From NCBI GenBank assembly GCA_036676395.1, contig JAKFCY010000002.1, positions 1,856,001 to 1,920,000 of the forward strand: DNA of 64,000 nt, read 5' to 3'. Of this stretch, positions 1 through 10,307 are shown in pieces. Source of the stretch: Bdellovibrio sp. GTDB lineage: Bacteria; Bdellovibrionota; Bdellovibrionia; Bdellovibrionales; Bdellovibrionaceae. The translations under genes and the position numbers were made by a program. Under the pieces are notes generated by a model. That model was not told the DNA's origin, did not search any database, and was given only the letters and a program-made list of their open reading frames with translations. The stretch's first letter is position 1, and the number at the start of each line of letters is the position of its first letter.

Positions 1-252
1 TTTTTCAAATCAAAAAAATCAACTAAACGTAAAGTGAACATGTTGGTGTTTTTATCACCAAAAATTATTCGTAATCGCGCCGACAGCCAAAATCTGTTAA
101 CCTACAAAACAGATGAACGCTTACGCTTCTTAAAACAAAACGGCGGTAAAGACCCTTATGGATCAACTATCGATAAAGTTTTAAAGCGCGATCGCGTGCC
201 GCAATCAACCGGCGCTGCAGATAATGACATGCAGCCAGTGATTAAAAAATAA
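1..252 (+). CDS. gspD: Type II secretion secretin GspD, C-terminal fragment (gene starts before the window)
   Basis: Frame 1 is open from base 1 (FFKSKKSTKRKVNMLVFLSPKIIR), matching the secretin C-terminal motif; lies directly upstream of gspE. Confidence 0.85.
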   Translation, partial: FFKSKKSTKRKVNMLVFLSPKIIRNRADSQNLLTYKTDERLRFLKQNGGKDPYGSTIDKVLKRDRVPQSTGAADNDMQPVIKK

Positions 253-260
253 GGATTTTA

Positions 261-1952
261 ATGGCTCAAATGGATATTCCTCTTTTATTAGGTAAATCGA
301 CTAGTCTGACACCCGATCAGATTAAATCGGTTTTAAAAAATCCAGCCACTTCGCGCCCGATTAGCGTGGGTGAAACTTTATCCTCACGCGAATATGCAAC
401 GGCTGATGATCTTGTGGCTGATTTATGCCGCGAGCTTGGTTTGGATTTTGTTAAAGATATCGCGGTTAGCGAAATTTCAGCTGACCTAGTTCGTGATATC
501 CCGATCAATTACGCAAAAACCCAGGGCGTATTACCTTTTAAAGAAGAAACTGACACGTTATACGCCTTAACTTCAAATCCGGTAAATACAAAAGCTCTTG
601 ATGATTTGCGTGCCCTCTTTGGTAAACGCATTCGCCCGATGGTTACAACATCACAGCGTTTACAAGAAGCTATTAATCGCGTTTATGAAAAATCGACTTC
701 AAATATGTCTGGTATGGATGATATTGAAGATGATGAAATGGATTTAGAAGATCCAATCATCGATTTACTTGAAGCTGGCGAAGACGATGCGCCGGTGATT
801 AAATTAGTGAATTCAGTTCTATTTCGCGCCGTTAAAGAAAAAGCTTCAGATATTCATATGGAGCCTTATGAAAAAGACATGGCCGTACGTTACCGTATCG
901 ACGGTAATTTGTATGACGTGTTTAAACCACCTAAAAAATTACAAAATGCGATCACTTCCCGTATTAAAGTTATGGCCAATCTTAATATCGCCGAAAAACG
1001 CCTACCGCAAGATGGTCGTATTCCATTAAAAGTCGGCGGTAAAGATATTGATATTCGTCTTTCAACAGTGCCAACAACGCATGGTGAACGTATTGTAATG
1101 CGTCTTCAGGATAAATCATCACAAGTGCGTGAATTACATCATGCGGGTTTTTCTCAGGAGCTTTTAGATACCTTAGATAATATGATTGAAAGATCGTACG
1201 GAATTTTACTAGTCACCGGCCCTACTGGTTCTGGTAAATCGACTACGTTATACGGTTGTGTTTCTAAATTAAATAAACCTGATATTAATATTTTAACGAT
1301 CGAAGATCCGGTAGAGCAACGTATTCACGGTGTTGGCCAAGTGCAAGTGAACTCTAAAATCGGCCTTACCTTTGCTGCAGGATTAAGATCGTTTCTTCGT
1401 CAAGATCCAGACATCATCATGGTGGGAGAGATTCGTGACTTAGAAACTGCAGAACTTGCGATCAATTCATCATTAACGGGTCACTTAGTGTTATCTACGA
1501 TCCATGCCAATGATGCGGCCGGGGCTTTTCCACGTTTAATGGATATCGGTGCTGAGCCATTTTTAATTGCCACTTCGATTCTTGGAATTCTAGCACAACG
1601 TTTAGTGCGCGTATTATGCCCGCACTGTAAAGCGCCCCACACCCCGTCTGCTTTTGAATTAGAAACCTTAGGCATCACTGCCGAACAAGCCCGCGGTGCA
1701 AATATTTGTAAAGCGATGGGCTGTGAACACTGCGGCCAAAAAGGTTATGTCGGCCGTACGATTATCGCAGAACTTCTTCCAGTAACTGATGATATTAGAT
1801 CTTTAGTGATGCAACGTAAAGATGGTAACACCATCAAAAAACTAGCGGTCTCTAAAGGGTTTAAAACTTTTCGTGATCATGGTATTCAAAAAGTGATGGC
1901 GGGAATTACCACGATTGAAGAACTATTAACAAATACGCAGATTGATATTTAA
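261..1952 (+). CDS. gspE: Type II secretion ATPase GspE
   Basis: ASDIHMEP, RLPQDGRI, Walker A GPTGSGKS, LRQDPDIIMVGEIRD, Zn-binding CPHC...CEHC; operon context. Confidence 0.95.
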   Translation: MAQMDIPLLLGKSTSLTPDQIKSVLKNPATSRPISVGETLSSREYATADDLVADLCRELGLDFVKDIAVSEISADLVRDIPINYAKTQGVLPFKEETDTLYALTSNPVNTKALDDLRALFGKRIRPMVTTSQRLQEAINRVYEKSTSNMSGMDDIEDDEMDLEDPIIDLLEAGEDDAPVIKLVNSVLFRAVKEKASDIHMEPYEKDMAVRYRIDGNLYDVFKPPKKLQNAITSRIKVMANLNIAEKRLPQDGRIPLKVGGKDIDIRLSTVPTTHGERIVMRLQDKSSQVRELHHAGFSQELLDTLDNMIERSYGILLVTGPTGSGKSTTLYGCVSKLNKPDINILTIEDPVEQRIHGVGQVQVNSKIGLTFAAGLRSFLRQDPDIIMVGEIRDLETAELAINSSLTGHLVLSTIHANDAAGAFPRLMDIGAEPFLIATSILGILAQRLVRVLCPHCKAPHTPSAFELETLGITAEQARGANICKAMGCEHCGQKGYVGRTIIAELLPVTDDIRSLVMQRKDGNTIKKLAVSKGFKTFRDHGIQKVMAGITTIEELLTNTQIDI

Positions 1953-1954
1953 TT

Positions 1955-3175
1955 ATGCCATTATTTGAATACAAAGGTTTAAGTCGCGATGGAAAAACAG
2001 TCAGAGGCACTCTGGACTCTGACAACCTTCGCACGGCGCGCACCAAACTAAAAAAAGATGGCATCTTTGTTGTCGACATTAAAGATAAGAAAAAAGCCGC
2101 CGGCATTAAAAAATCGGCCATCCGCTCAACGGGCACTGTACCTGTTAAAGATTTATCTTTAATGACCCGCCAGTTAGCGACTTTAATTAAAGCTAATATT
2201 CCGTTAGTTGATGCTTTGACTGCAATTGCTGAGCAAGTTGAAAATCCGATTTTATCTGAAGCTATTTCTGACTGTAAGAATATGGTCAACGAGGGGCAAT
2301 CGCTTCATAAAGCCCTTTCAAAATATCCAAATGTTTTTGACACGATTTATATTTCGATGGCTGAAGCCGGCGAAATGTCAGGAACCCTTGATATTATTCT
2401 GCTTCGTTTAGCTGAATTTACCGAAGCCCAAGCTGAGCTTCGTCAACGTGTGGTCAGTGCTATGACCTACCCGATTATTATGTTGTGCGTGATCACCCTA
2501 GTGATGTTTGGTTTGTTTACAAAAGTATTACCTGAAATTTTAGCAATTTTTGATTCAATGCCTGATATGACTTTACCGGTTATGACTCAATACATTGCGG
2601 CAATCAGTAAAGTGTTTGTTGAGAGCTGGTATTGGATCGCTGGTTTTATTATTATTACAGTTTTAGTTTTCTTAAACTGGAAAAACTCTAAAGAAGGCCG
2701 TAAATCTTGGGATGCTATTATTCTTAAAATTCCAGTGGTGGGAGAAATCACACGCATGGTCGCCATTTCACGCTTCACTCGCACGTTAGCCACCTTACTG
2801 GCCGGCGGTGTGCCTATGCTTAACGCTATGGATATCGTTCGTAACGTGGTCGATAACCACGTTTTAGCGTTGGCTATTGATGAAGCTAAGAGCAATATTT
2901 CTGAGGGGGAATCGATTGCTGGACCTTTAAAAAAATCAAACCAGTTCCCGCCTATCGTAGTTCACATGGTGAATATCGGCGAAAAAACTGGCGATTTAGA
3001 AAATATGCTGTCTTTAGTCGCGGATGCGTACGATTTTCAGGTTAAATCAAAAGTAGATGGTTTAACAACATTGCTAAATCCAATCATGACTTTGTTGATT
3101 GGTATTGTGATCTTTGTCATAGTAATATCTATTATTGTTCCGATGTTCGATATGACATCTAAATTAGGAGGATAA
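1955..3175 (+). CDS. gspF: Type II secretion inner membrane platform protein GspF
   Basis: TRQLATLIKA, GEMSGTL, AMTYP and GEKTGDL motifs of the GspF/PilC family; three TM segments. Confidence 0.95.
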   Translation: MPLFEYKGLSRDGKTVRGTLDSDNLRTARTKLKKDGIFVVDIKDKKKAAGIKKSAIRSTGTVPVKDLSLMTRQLATLIKANIPLVDALTAIAEQVENPILSEAISDCKNMVNEGQSLHKALSKYPNVFDTIYISMAEAGEMSGTLDIILLRLAEFTEAQAELRQRVVSAMTYPIIMLCVITLVMFGLFTKVLPEILAIFDSMPDMTLPVMTQYIAAISKVFVESWYWIAGFIIITVLVFLNWKNSKEGRKSWDAIILKIPVVGEITRMVAISRFTRTLATLLAGGVPMLNAMDIVRNVVDNHVLALAIDEAKSNISEGESIAGPLKKSNQFPPIVVHMVNIGEKTGDLENMLSLVADAYDFQVKSKVDGLTTLLNPIMTLLIGIVIFVIVISIIVPMFDMTSKLGG

Positions 3176-3181
3176 ATCCAC

Positions 3182-3649
3182 ATGCTAAATTTGTTTAAAT
3201 CTCAACGTTCTTTATCTACTACAATTTCGACTCCACTGAACAACTCAAAAGGTTTCTCGCTTGGAGAAATCATGATCGTATTAGTGATCATCGGCGGCAT
3301 CATGGCCATCGTATTACCCAAAATTCAAGATGGTCAGAAAAAAAGTCAGGTCAATCAAACAAAAATGAAAATGACCGAAGTCACGACTAAACTTAATGAG
3401 TATTATGCTGAATGTAGCAAATACCCAGCGTCTTTATCTTTTATTACTGATGACGATGCTGATTGCAAAAATTGGACATCAAACCCAAAACTAAAACATC
3501 TTTTAAAAGATGCTTGGGGATCTGAATTCCAATACGGCACTGCCGGCAATGGTTATAACTTAAGTTCATTAGGTGCTGATAAAAAAGCTGGCGGTTCTTC
3601 TTTCGATAAAGATCTATTCTCTGACGAATCAGTTGGCGGCGAAGAGTAA
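3182..3649 (+). CDS. gspG: Major pseudopilin GspG
   Basis: Prepilin site KG|FSLGE; DAWG and SLGAD motifs typical of GspG. Confidence 0.9.
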   Translation: MLNLFKSQRSLSTTISTPLNNSKGFSLGEIMIVLVIIGGIMAIVLPKIQDGQKKSQVNQTKMKMTEVTTKLNEYYAECSKYPASLSFITDDDADCKNWTSNPKLKHLLKDAWGSEFQYGTAGNGYNLSSLGADKKAGGSSFDKDLFSDESVGGEE

Positions 3650-3650
3650 T

Positions 3651-4253
3651 TTGAACTCTGCTAACAACCGGGGATTCTCGCTGATTGAAATTATCATTGT
3701 GATAATGATTATCGGCGGAGTCCTTTCTATGTCGCTTTCGCGAATGTCGTTTGGCAAAAAAGTTGATAATCGCACCGTCTTTCGCGACATCGTAATTGCG
3801 GTCAAAGAAGTGCGCAATCGCGCCAAGCTCTACAACACCAACTACCGCTTAGTTTTTAAAATTGACGAAAAAGAATCTAGCTTTTGGTTAGAAAAATCAA
3901 TTTCTCCTACTCTGATTGATAAAGAATTTTTAGCCAAACAACGCGAACGTGGCAATAAAGAAGACGAGGGTGCTCCGCCTTCGCCTTATCAAGTCGACAC
4001 CGGTTATCTTAAAAAAGAAAAAGTACTTGCTTCAGGTTACCTTGTTAAACAGCTGGAAAGTGGCCCGCAAGATGCGGTCTTCACTGAGGGCATGGTCTAC
4101 ATTCATATTTTTCCGACTGGCATGGTTGAACCCGTAGCCTTACAAATTCAGGACCCAAGAAAAAACATCTGGACGCTTGTCTTTAACCCGCTCACAGGTC
4201 AAGCTGATATTATAGAGGGTGCAAAATCATTACGTGATTTAAGCCGTCAATAA
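3651..4253 (+). CDS. gspH: Minor pseudopilin GspH
   Basis: RG|FSLIE prepilin motif. Probable TTG start at 3651, just after the gspG stop (the ORF track extends to 3573). Confidence 0.8.
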   Translation: MNSANNRGFSLIEIIIVIMIIGGVLSMSLSRMSFGKKVDNRTVFRDIVIAVKEVRNRAKLYNTNYRLVFKIDEKESSFWLEKSISPTLIDKEFLAKQRERGNKEDEGAPPSPYQVDTGYLKKEKVLASGYLVKQLESGPQDAVFTEGMVYIHIFPTGMVEPVALQIQDPRKNIWTLVFNPLTGQADIIEGAKSLRDLSRQ

Positions 4254-4271
4254 GTTGTGCTGAAAGCGCAC
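4254..4271 (+). repeat. Short intergenic hairpin repeat GTTGTGCTGAAAGCGCAC (copy 1)
   Basis: 17/18 identical to 33547..33564; stem GTGCT/AGCGC. Confidence 0.55.
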
Positions 4272-4282
4272 CAATAATATTA

Positions 4283-4801
4283 GTGAAGATGAAATTAAAG
4301 AATAAAAAAGCCTTTACCTTAATCGAAGTCGTTCTTGCTATGATGATCATGGCATCGGGGATGTTTATTTTAACAAACTCTTGGGCTGGCACATACAACC
4401 GTTTAAAAAAAACGCAAACTCAAGTACAATTAGCAGCGCTGTTAGAGCGCAAGATTGTCGAGCTTGAGCGCGAATTTAAAACCCAAACTCTAGATGCCAT
4501 CAAAGAAGAAGATGCTGGTGATTTCGGATCTGAACTTGAAGGTTACTCGTGGGAAATGAAATCGCAAAAAGTCGAATTTCCTGATCTTTCAGGAATTATT
4601 GGCGGTGTCGGTGATAATCAAAACTTAGATTTAATCTCGATCATGAAAATTTTCACCGAGCATTTATCTAAATCAGTTAAAGAAGTTAAAGTTGCTGTAA
4701 CCTACAAAGACAAAAAAAAGCCGGTCACTGTTGATGTGGTATTTTACGTTATAGATTACGACAAGCCACTCCCTTTACCAGGAGGTACCGGTGGGTCGTA
4801 A
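4283..4801 (+). CDS. gspI: Minor pseudopilin GspI
   Basis: KKA|FTLIE prepilin motif; lies between gspH and gspJ. Alternative ATG at 4289. Confidence 0.8.
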   Translation: MKMKLKNKKAFTLIEVVLAMMIMASGMFILTNSWAGTYNRLKKTQTQVQLAALLERKIVELEREFKTQTLDAIKEEDAGDFGSELEGYSWEMKSQKVEFPDLSGIIGGVGDNQNLDLISIMKIFTEHLSKSVKEVKVAVTYKDKKKPVTVDVVFYVIDYDKPLPLPGGTGGS

Positions 4802-5624
4802 AGCCTTTACTTTAATTGAAGTGATTTTAGCAATTAGTATTTTAGCGACGCTGACAGTACTTGTCGCAACAACATTAGGCAATGCCTTAAGAGCGCGTAC
4901 AAAAATTCAAGCTGAAGTGCAAGATGTATCCGGTCTTCGCGATGCGATTAAAATTATGCGTGCTGATTTATACCAAGCGTACAATCACTATGATTTTGAA
5001 AAAGAAATTTTAGACGCCGCTAAAAAAACTACAGCGAAACCAGGACAGCCGCCTCCAGCGACACTTCCTCCACCGTGGAATGACCCTAATGCAGCACCGG
5101 CGCGCGAAAATAAACGTGAAGATCCAAAAACGGATTTTGTTGGCGATAGTGAACAAGTTAACTTTGTGACTTTAAATAACGGACGTTTTTTAGCTAATGA
5201 TATCCAGGCTGATTTTGTTGAAGTTGGCTATGCCCTTAAAGGTTGTAAAAATTTAACTAAAGACACTTCAAGCCAATGTTTATTTCGGCGTGTGCAAAAA
5301 GTTTTAGATGCAGATGTAACTAAAGGTGGCACTGAATCGGTGTTACTAGAAAACGTCAAAGAATTCAAACTTCGCTATACCGGCGAAAGCAAAAAAGACT
5401 GGCAAAAAGAATGGAAAACCGTTGGTGGCCAAGATGATTCTGTAAAAGGAATTTTTCCTGACGCTGTTGAAATCACTTTAGCTATTGAGCGCGAATTAAA
5501 CGGCAAAAAGCGTGAATACTCTTTGCAATATGTTGTGCCATTGCACTTTCCAAATAATTCAAAAAAATCGACTGGCACCTCTGGTGCGCAGGGCACAGCG
5601 CCCACTCCTACAGGAGGCCAGTAA
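4791..5624 (+). CDS. gspJ: Minor pseudopilin GspJ
   Basis: RKA|FTLIE; C-terminal LLENV...W...W...PDAVEI pattern of GspJ. Confidence 0.85.
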   Translation: MGRKAFTLIEVILAISILATLTVLVATTLGNALRARTKIQAEVQDVSGLRDAIKIMRADLYQAYNHYDFEKEILDAAKKTTAKPGQPPPATLPPPWNDPNAAPARENKREDPKTDFVGDSEQVNFVTLNNGRFLANDIQADFVEVGYALKGCKNLTKDTSSQCLFRRVQKVLDADVTKGGTESVLLENVKEFKLRYTGESKKDWQKEWKTVGGQDDSVKGIFPDAVEITLAIERELNGKKREYSLQYVVPLHFPNNSKKSTGTSGAQGTAPTPTGGQ

Positions 5625-6889
5625 TGTCATTCTTGCAAAGATTAAGATTTAATCCTCTTCGTGAAAGAAAAAAATCTTCCAAAAAAGGCGTAGCCCTTAT
5701 CCTGGCTATGACGTCGTTACTTTTAATGGTGTGGGTGGCCAGCGAGGTTTCAACCGATTCTACTATTGAATACGTGGTGAATTCACAAGAAATCAACCGT
5801 ATTAAAGCTTTTTATTCAGCCCGCAGCTCTTTAGATTTAGCTCTTTTACGCATTAAAGTTTACCAACAGGCTTCAAGAATGAATTTACCTCCAGGCTTTG
5901 CGCAACAAATAAATATGGTTTGGAGTTTTCCGTTTGCGTGGCCTCTCCCGATTGGGCCCGACGCATCTATTGCTGCAAAAGACGATATCGAAGGGGCTGC
6001 AAAAGCTTCGATTTTTGACGGCCAGTACACTCATACGATCACTGATGAAGGTTCAAAAGTTGACGTGAATGATTTAGCTTCGCCGTCAAAAACATTACGC
6101 GAGATCACGAAAAAGCAGATCTTAACAATTTTTGAAGCCAAACTGCAAAACGATGATAAATTTCGCGATGCTTATGGCAATTATAATTTTGGTGAGTTAG
6201 TTAATCGCATTGCCGATTGGATGAGCGAGAAAAACTCTTCTGAAAATGGCGGCGATAAACGCCAACCGTTTCAAGGATTAGGCGACACCTACCCGCCAAA
6301 TCGCGGCTTTCGTACGCTTGATGAAATGCGTTTAGTTCCGGGAATGACCGAAGAATTTTTTGCGCTGATGTCACCCTCTGTAACTATTTACGGATCAAAA
6401 GCTATTAACCCAAATACGGCAGCTAAAGATGTGATTAAATCTCTTGATCCCGGCATGACCGAAGAAGCGATCAGAGACGCTATCGAGCGTCGTGACGACG
6501 AAGAAAAAGGCGGGCCATTCAAGGGCGCTTCCTCTGATGAATGCCGCACTGATTTTAAAAATTTCGTTGAAGGCCGTGGCGCAAGACTGCTTCCTGAATT
6601 TGATAAAATTCCATTTCAATGTGATAGCGTTGTGAATTTTAAAATCGAGTCGGTCGGAATGACCGGTTCTGGCAAAGGTGCGGTTCAGAAAAAAATCACA
6701 GCCTATGTGATGAACACGCAAAAAGCAGCCGCGACGATCAAAGGTTATTTAGAAAAAGAGAAAAAAGAACAAGAAGCCGCCAGCGGAAATCCGCCAGCAA
6801 ATCCACCACCTGGATCTAAGCCCAGTGCACCCGCGCAAGAAGCACTTCCCAAAGGTCGCCCTCGTATCGTATACTGGGTTGAGCAGTAG
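5624..6889 (+). CDS. gspK: Minor pseudopilin GspK
   Basis: KG|VALILAM without Glu+5; DEGSKVDVN, IADW, TLDEMRLVPG and INPNTA motifs of GspK. Confidence 0.9.
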   Translation: MSFLQRLRFNPLRERKKSSKKGVALILAMTSLLLMVWVASEVSTDSTIEYVVNSQEINRIKAFYSARSSLDLALLRIKVYQQASRMNLPPGFAQQINMVWSFPFAWPLPIGPDASIAAKDDIEGAAKASIFDGQYTHTITDEGSKVDVNDLASPSKTLREITKKQILTIFEAKLQNDDKFRDAYGNYNFGELVNRIADWMSEKNSSENGGDKRQPFQGLGDTYPPNRGFRTLDEMRLVPGMTEEFFALMSPSVTIYGSKAINPNTAAKDVIKSLDPGMTEEAIRDAIERRDDEEKGGPFKGASSDECRTDFKNFVEGRGARLLPEFDKIPFQCDSVVNFKIESVGMTGSGKGAVQKKITAYVMNTQKAAATIKGYLEKEKKEQEAASGNPPANPPPGSKPSAPAQEALPKGRPRIVYWVEQ

Positions 6890-6937
6890 GCTCACGCCGA
6901 ACAGAGCAGTAAAGCATATACAACACGGAAGGACAAC

Positions 6938-8656
6938 ATGCGCGCATTGGGAATTGATATTGGTGAAGATTCCATAAAAATTGCCGAAGTTGTTCAAAAC
7001 AAAAAGTCGATCTATGTTCAAGCCGTTTATGAAAAAAAACTTTCTCAGCAAGTCACTGCCCATGATCGCGAAATTGAAGCCATTGAATATATTCGTCAAA
7101 TTGCTCCACAATTAGATTTCGCTTCGGCCCGCGTTGTGATGTCTTTAAAACAAGACAAAGTCACTGTTAGAAAAAAACAATTTCCTTTTGCCGACCGTTC
7201 TAAAATTTTAAAAAGTTTATCTTTTGAAATGGAAGAAGACATTCCCTTTGATCCGGATCTTTGTTTATTTGAAGCTAAAGTAATTTTGACAGAAGGCCTT
7301 TCGGCTCACGTTTTAGCTATTGCTGCGCCAAAAACTCATATTGAAAAATCATTAAGCATCGCCAAAGATTTCGGCGTTGATCCCTACACCCTAACTGTAG
7401 ATGGAATTGCTTTTGCAAACTTATTAGAAGCTTGGGATAACGCTCCCCCGCAATTTGCGACAGCGACTGGCCCATTAAGTTTTACAGCTGATGAAGACAT
7501 CCCTGACGTCGAAGAAACTAACAGCAGCCCTGCTTTTGGCAGCCCTATTCAGGTGACTTTAAACATCGGCCATAAAAGAACTTTACTTTGCGCACAGATC
7601 GAAGGCCGTTTAGTTTTTGTCAGAAGTTTAATGTGGGGCGCAGATCAAATTATTTCTGAATTTATGCGCAAGTTTCAGCTTCCGTACCTTGAAGCGCAAC
7701 GTTTATTACAAAACGAAGCTGCCTTACTTTTATCAAAAACGAATCAAGATTTCGAAACAGCTAATACCGCTTCAACGATTGAAAAATCAATGCGCGAATT
7801 AGTGCGCGATTTACAAATGTCATTTTTAGAATTGCAAAGTGAATTTCACGGAAACATTCAAAATGTATATTTAACTGGTGGCTTATCATTACTTCCAAAC
7901 GTGGGTGCTTTTTTAACTCAACATTTAGAAGTGCCATGCAATCCGGTTTCATTATTAGATCACTATATCGACCCAACAACGATTCAAACTAATAACATCC
8001 CACTTGAGTCTGTGAAATCACGTTTTGCAACTGCGGTGGGTATTGCAATTGAAGCGTTTAAAAAACCAAAAAACCCTGCCCTACAATTTATGAAGGGCGA
8101 ATTCGTTGCTGAGAACAATCGTCTAAAACAATTTTGGACTGATTGGGGTTTAATTGCCAAAACGGCAGCTGCGGCTGTAATCGTGTTTTTCATCTGGGGT
8201 GGTGTGCGCGAATCGATGACGGTGACCTTAGCTGAAAAAGGCGATGAAGCCCTTACCACGCAGGCTAAAAACGTAGCCCGCCTTCCACGCAAACAAGCCA
8301 ACGAAAAAGGTATTAAAAAATATATCAGCGATAATAAAAAACGCGCCCAAGAATTCAAATTATTAAGCCAAGTGGCCGGCATGAATTCAGCATTAGATGT
8401 TTTGAAAAAAATCAGCGAAGTTTCACCTGATAAATCGCAAAGTAAAATTGATATCATGCAATTACAAATTACTGACGATAACGTAAAAATCGTAGGCTAT
8501 GCGAATTCTCCGCGTGAAGTGACTTTGATGAATCAGCGCCTGGCGACTATGGCTTTAAATAAAAAAGTAACCGAAGAAACACCGACCCTGCCAAGTCAGC
8601 CAAATCGTGTGGCTTTTTCATTAAGTTTAAAAACTGACCGAGGATTACTTAAATGA
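6938..8656 (+). CDS. gspL: GspL: PilM-like actin-fold domain, TM helix and PilN-like periplasmic domain
   Basis: GIDIGEDSIK and YLTGG actin-like motifs; TM near aa 405-422; position after gspK. Confidence 0.8.
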   Translation: MRALGIDIGEDSIKIAEVVQNKKSIYVQAVYEKKLSQQVTAHDREIEAIEYIRQIAPQLDFASARVVMSLKQDKVTVRKKQFPFADRSKILKSLSFEMEEDIPFDPDLCLFEAKVILTEGLSAHVLAIAAPKTHIEKSLSIAKDFGVDPYTLTVDGIAFANLLEAWDNAPPQFATATGPLSFTADEDIPDVEETNSSPAFGSPIQVTLNIGHKRTLLCAQIEGRLVFVRSLMWGADQIISEFMRKFQLPYLEAQRLLQNEAALLLSKTNQDFETANTASTIEKSMRELVRDLQMSFLELQSEFHGNIQNVYLTGGLSLLPNVGAFLTQHLEVPCNPVSLLDHYIDPTTIQTNNIPLESVKSRFATAVGIAIEAFKKPKNPALQFMKGEFVAENNRLKQFWTDWGLIAKTAAAAVIVFFIWGGVRESMTVTLAEKGDEALTTQAKNVARLPRKQANEKGIKKYISDNKKRAQEFKLLSQVAGMNSALDVLKKISEVSPDKSQSKIDIMQLQITDDNVKIVGYANSPREVTLMNQRLATMALNKKVTEETPTLPSQPNRVAFSLSLKTDRGLLK

Positions 8657-9339
8657 GTCGTCTTGAAGAATTAAAAGATCAGCTTAAGACCACACTGCAG
8701 ACAACCTGGGAAAAAATCCAAGAATCTGAAGCTTATAATCAATTAAGTGATAAATACCAATCGCTAAGCCCATCAGGCCAAAAAGCAGCACAGGCTGTGA
8801 CGGCCTTATTACTTGCCAGCGTTGTGTTTTATTCGCCGATCAGTCAGTTACAAATTTCAAATGAACTTATGGTGCAGTTTGAAGACAAACGCACTCTTAT
8901 TCGCGACCTATTTAAAACTTACCGTGATTCTACGGGTGGCTTACAAATGGCCCCGGCGCCGCAAGTTGCTGATTTAATTTCAACGATTCAAAGTTCACTA
9001 CAGAATGCTAAACTTATTCCTGAACAAATCGTGGGCGTTGACATGTCACAAGCTGAAGGCCGTTTGATCCCTTCAAGTTTGCAACAGGGCGTAGTTGAAG
9101 TAAAATTAGCGAAATTAAATTTACGCCAAGTGGTTGATATCGGCTTACAGTTAGCCAATATTTCATCAGCCGTAAAAGTTAAAGATATGTTAATGCAAGC
9201 CAATGCTGAAATGGCTGGATACTTTGATGTCAGCTATAAACTTTATGCGCTAAAAGTTCCTGAAGCGCTTCCTGAGCCGGCACCAGAACCAGTCAGCAAT
9301 AAAAAGAAAAAACCATCTCAAAGCGAGGGTGACGAATAA
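8653..9339 (+). CDS. gspM: Probable GspM
   Basis: Single N-proximal TM helix and periplasmic domain; ATGA overlap with gspL; position in operon. Confidence 0.65.
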   Translation: MSRLEELKDQLKTTLQTTWEKIQESEAYNQLSDKYQSLSPSGQKAAQAVTALLLASVVFYSPISQLQISNELMVQFEDKRTLIRDLFKTYRDSTGGLQMAPAPQVADLISTIQSSLQNAKLIPEQIVGVDMSQAEGRLIPSSLQQGVVEVKLAKLNLRQVVDIGLQLANISSAVKVKDMLMQANAEMAGYFDVSYKLYALKVPEALPEPAPEPVSNKKKKPSQSEGDE

Positions 9340-10307
9340 TGATGGACATGATCATCAAAACATTTCGCTTCGTCTGGGGACAAAAATTTAAAATTCTGTT
9401 CACTGTTGTTTTTACGTTTGTGTTTCTATTTTTACTATTTCCGTTTAAAGATTTAAATGATTTTATCTCTGGACAAGTTTCAGCGCTTACGCAAAACAGT
9501 GTTTATTTACAATTCGAAGACATGCGCTTAAATCCAGTCACTGCTTCAATCAGCTTAGATGGCGTCTTAGTTGAAACTTCAACAATCGAAGGCCTAAATA
9601 TTAATTCAATTTCAGCTTCACCGTCTCTGGCGGCTTTATTTAAACGCCAGCCGGGCGGAAAACTAGTAGCTGATGGTTTATTCGGTGGCCATTTAGAAGT
9701 TAAATTAACTCCGCTTGAAACCTTAGAAAGCGGCGCTTTAAAAGCTAACTTAGATGTTGCCAGCGACAGCATTTCTTTAAAAAACTTACGCGACACCATG
9801 CAGATCTCAATTCCACTTTCTGGTTCTGCGAATATCACAGCCAACATCACTGCCGATATGTCTTTTAAAGAACAACCGGATGGCGAAGTATCTATTGTCA
9901 TTGATAATTTCGAAATGCCGAGTAGCTCAATGAATTCTCCAAACTTTGGCAATCTTGTGCTTCCAGAAATTAAGTTTAAGCAAGTGGATGTAAAAGGAAA
10001 GTTAACCGGCGGAAAGTTAGTGATCGAAAATGCTAAGCTTGGAAACCCTTCAGATGATTTATCTGGAACACTAAAAGGTGATATCGCCATTCGCATCGAC
10101 AATATCGGTGGAACCGCTCGTCCGACAATTGGCGCCTACAATCTAAATATCGATCTTATCGCTAAGCCCGCATTCGTTCAACGTGCGCAAACTTTCTTAG
10201 TTCTTATTGATCAGTTCAAAACTGAAGAAAGAGGCTCAAGTCGCTACCGTCTGAAAGTTCAGGCTTCGAGCACAGACTTACCGCCTTCAATCCTTCCTCT
10301 AAATTAA
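9339..10307 (+). CDS. gspN: Type II secretion protein GspN
   Basis: N-terminal TM ending LFPF, beta-rich body; last gene of the gsp operon. Confidence 0.8.
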   Translation: MMDMIIKTFRFVWGQKFKILFTVVFTFVFLFLLFPFKDLNDFISGQVSALTQNSVYLQFEDMRLNPVTASISLDGVLVETSTIEGLNINSISASPSLAALFKRQPGGKLVADGLFGGHLEVKLTPLETLESGALKANLDVASDSISLKNLRDTMQISIPLSGSANITANITADMSFKEQPDGEVSIVIDNFEMPSSSMNSPNFGNLVLPEIKFKQVDVKGKLTGGKLVIENAKLGNPSDDLSGTLKGDIAIRIDNIGGTARPTIGAYNLNIDLIAKPAFVQRAQTFLVLIDQFKTEERGSSRYRLKVQASSTDLPPSILPLN

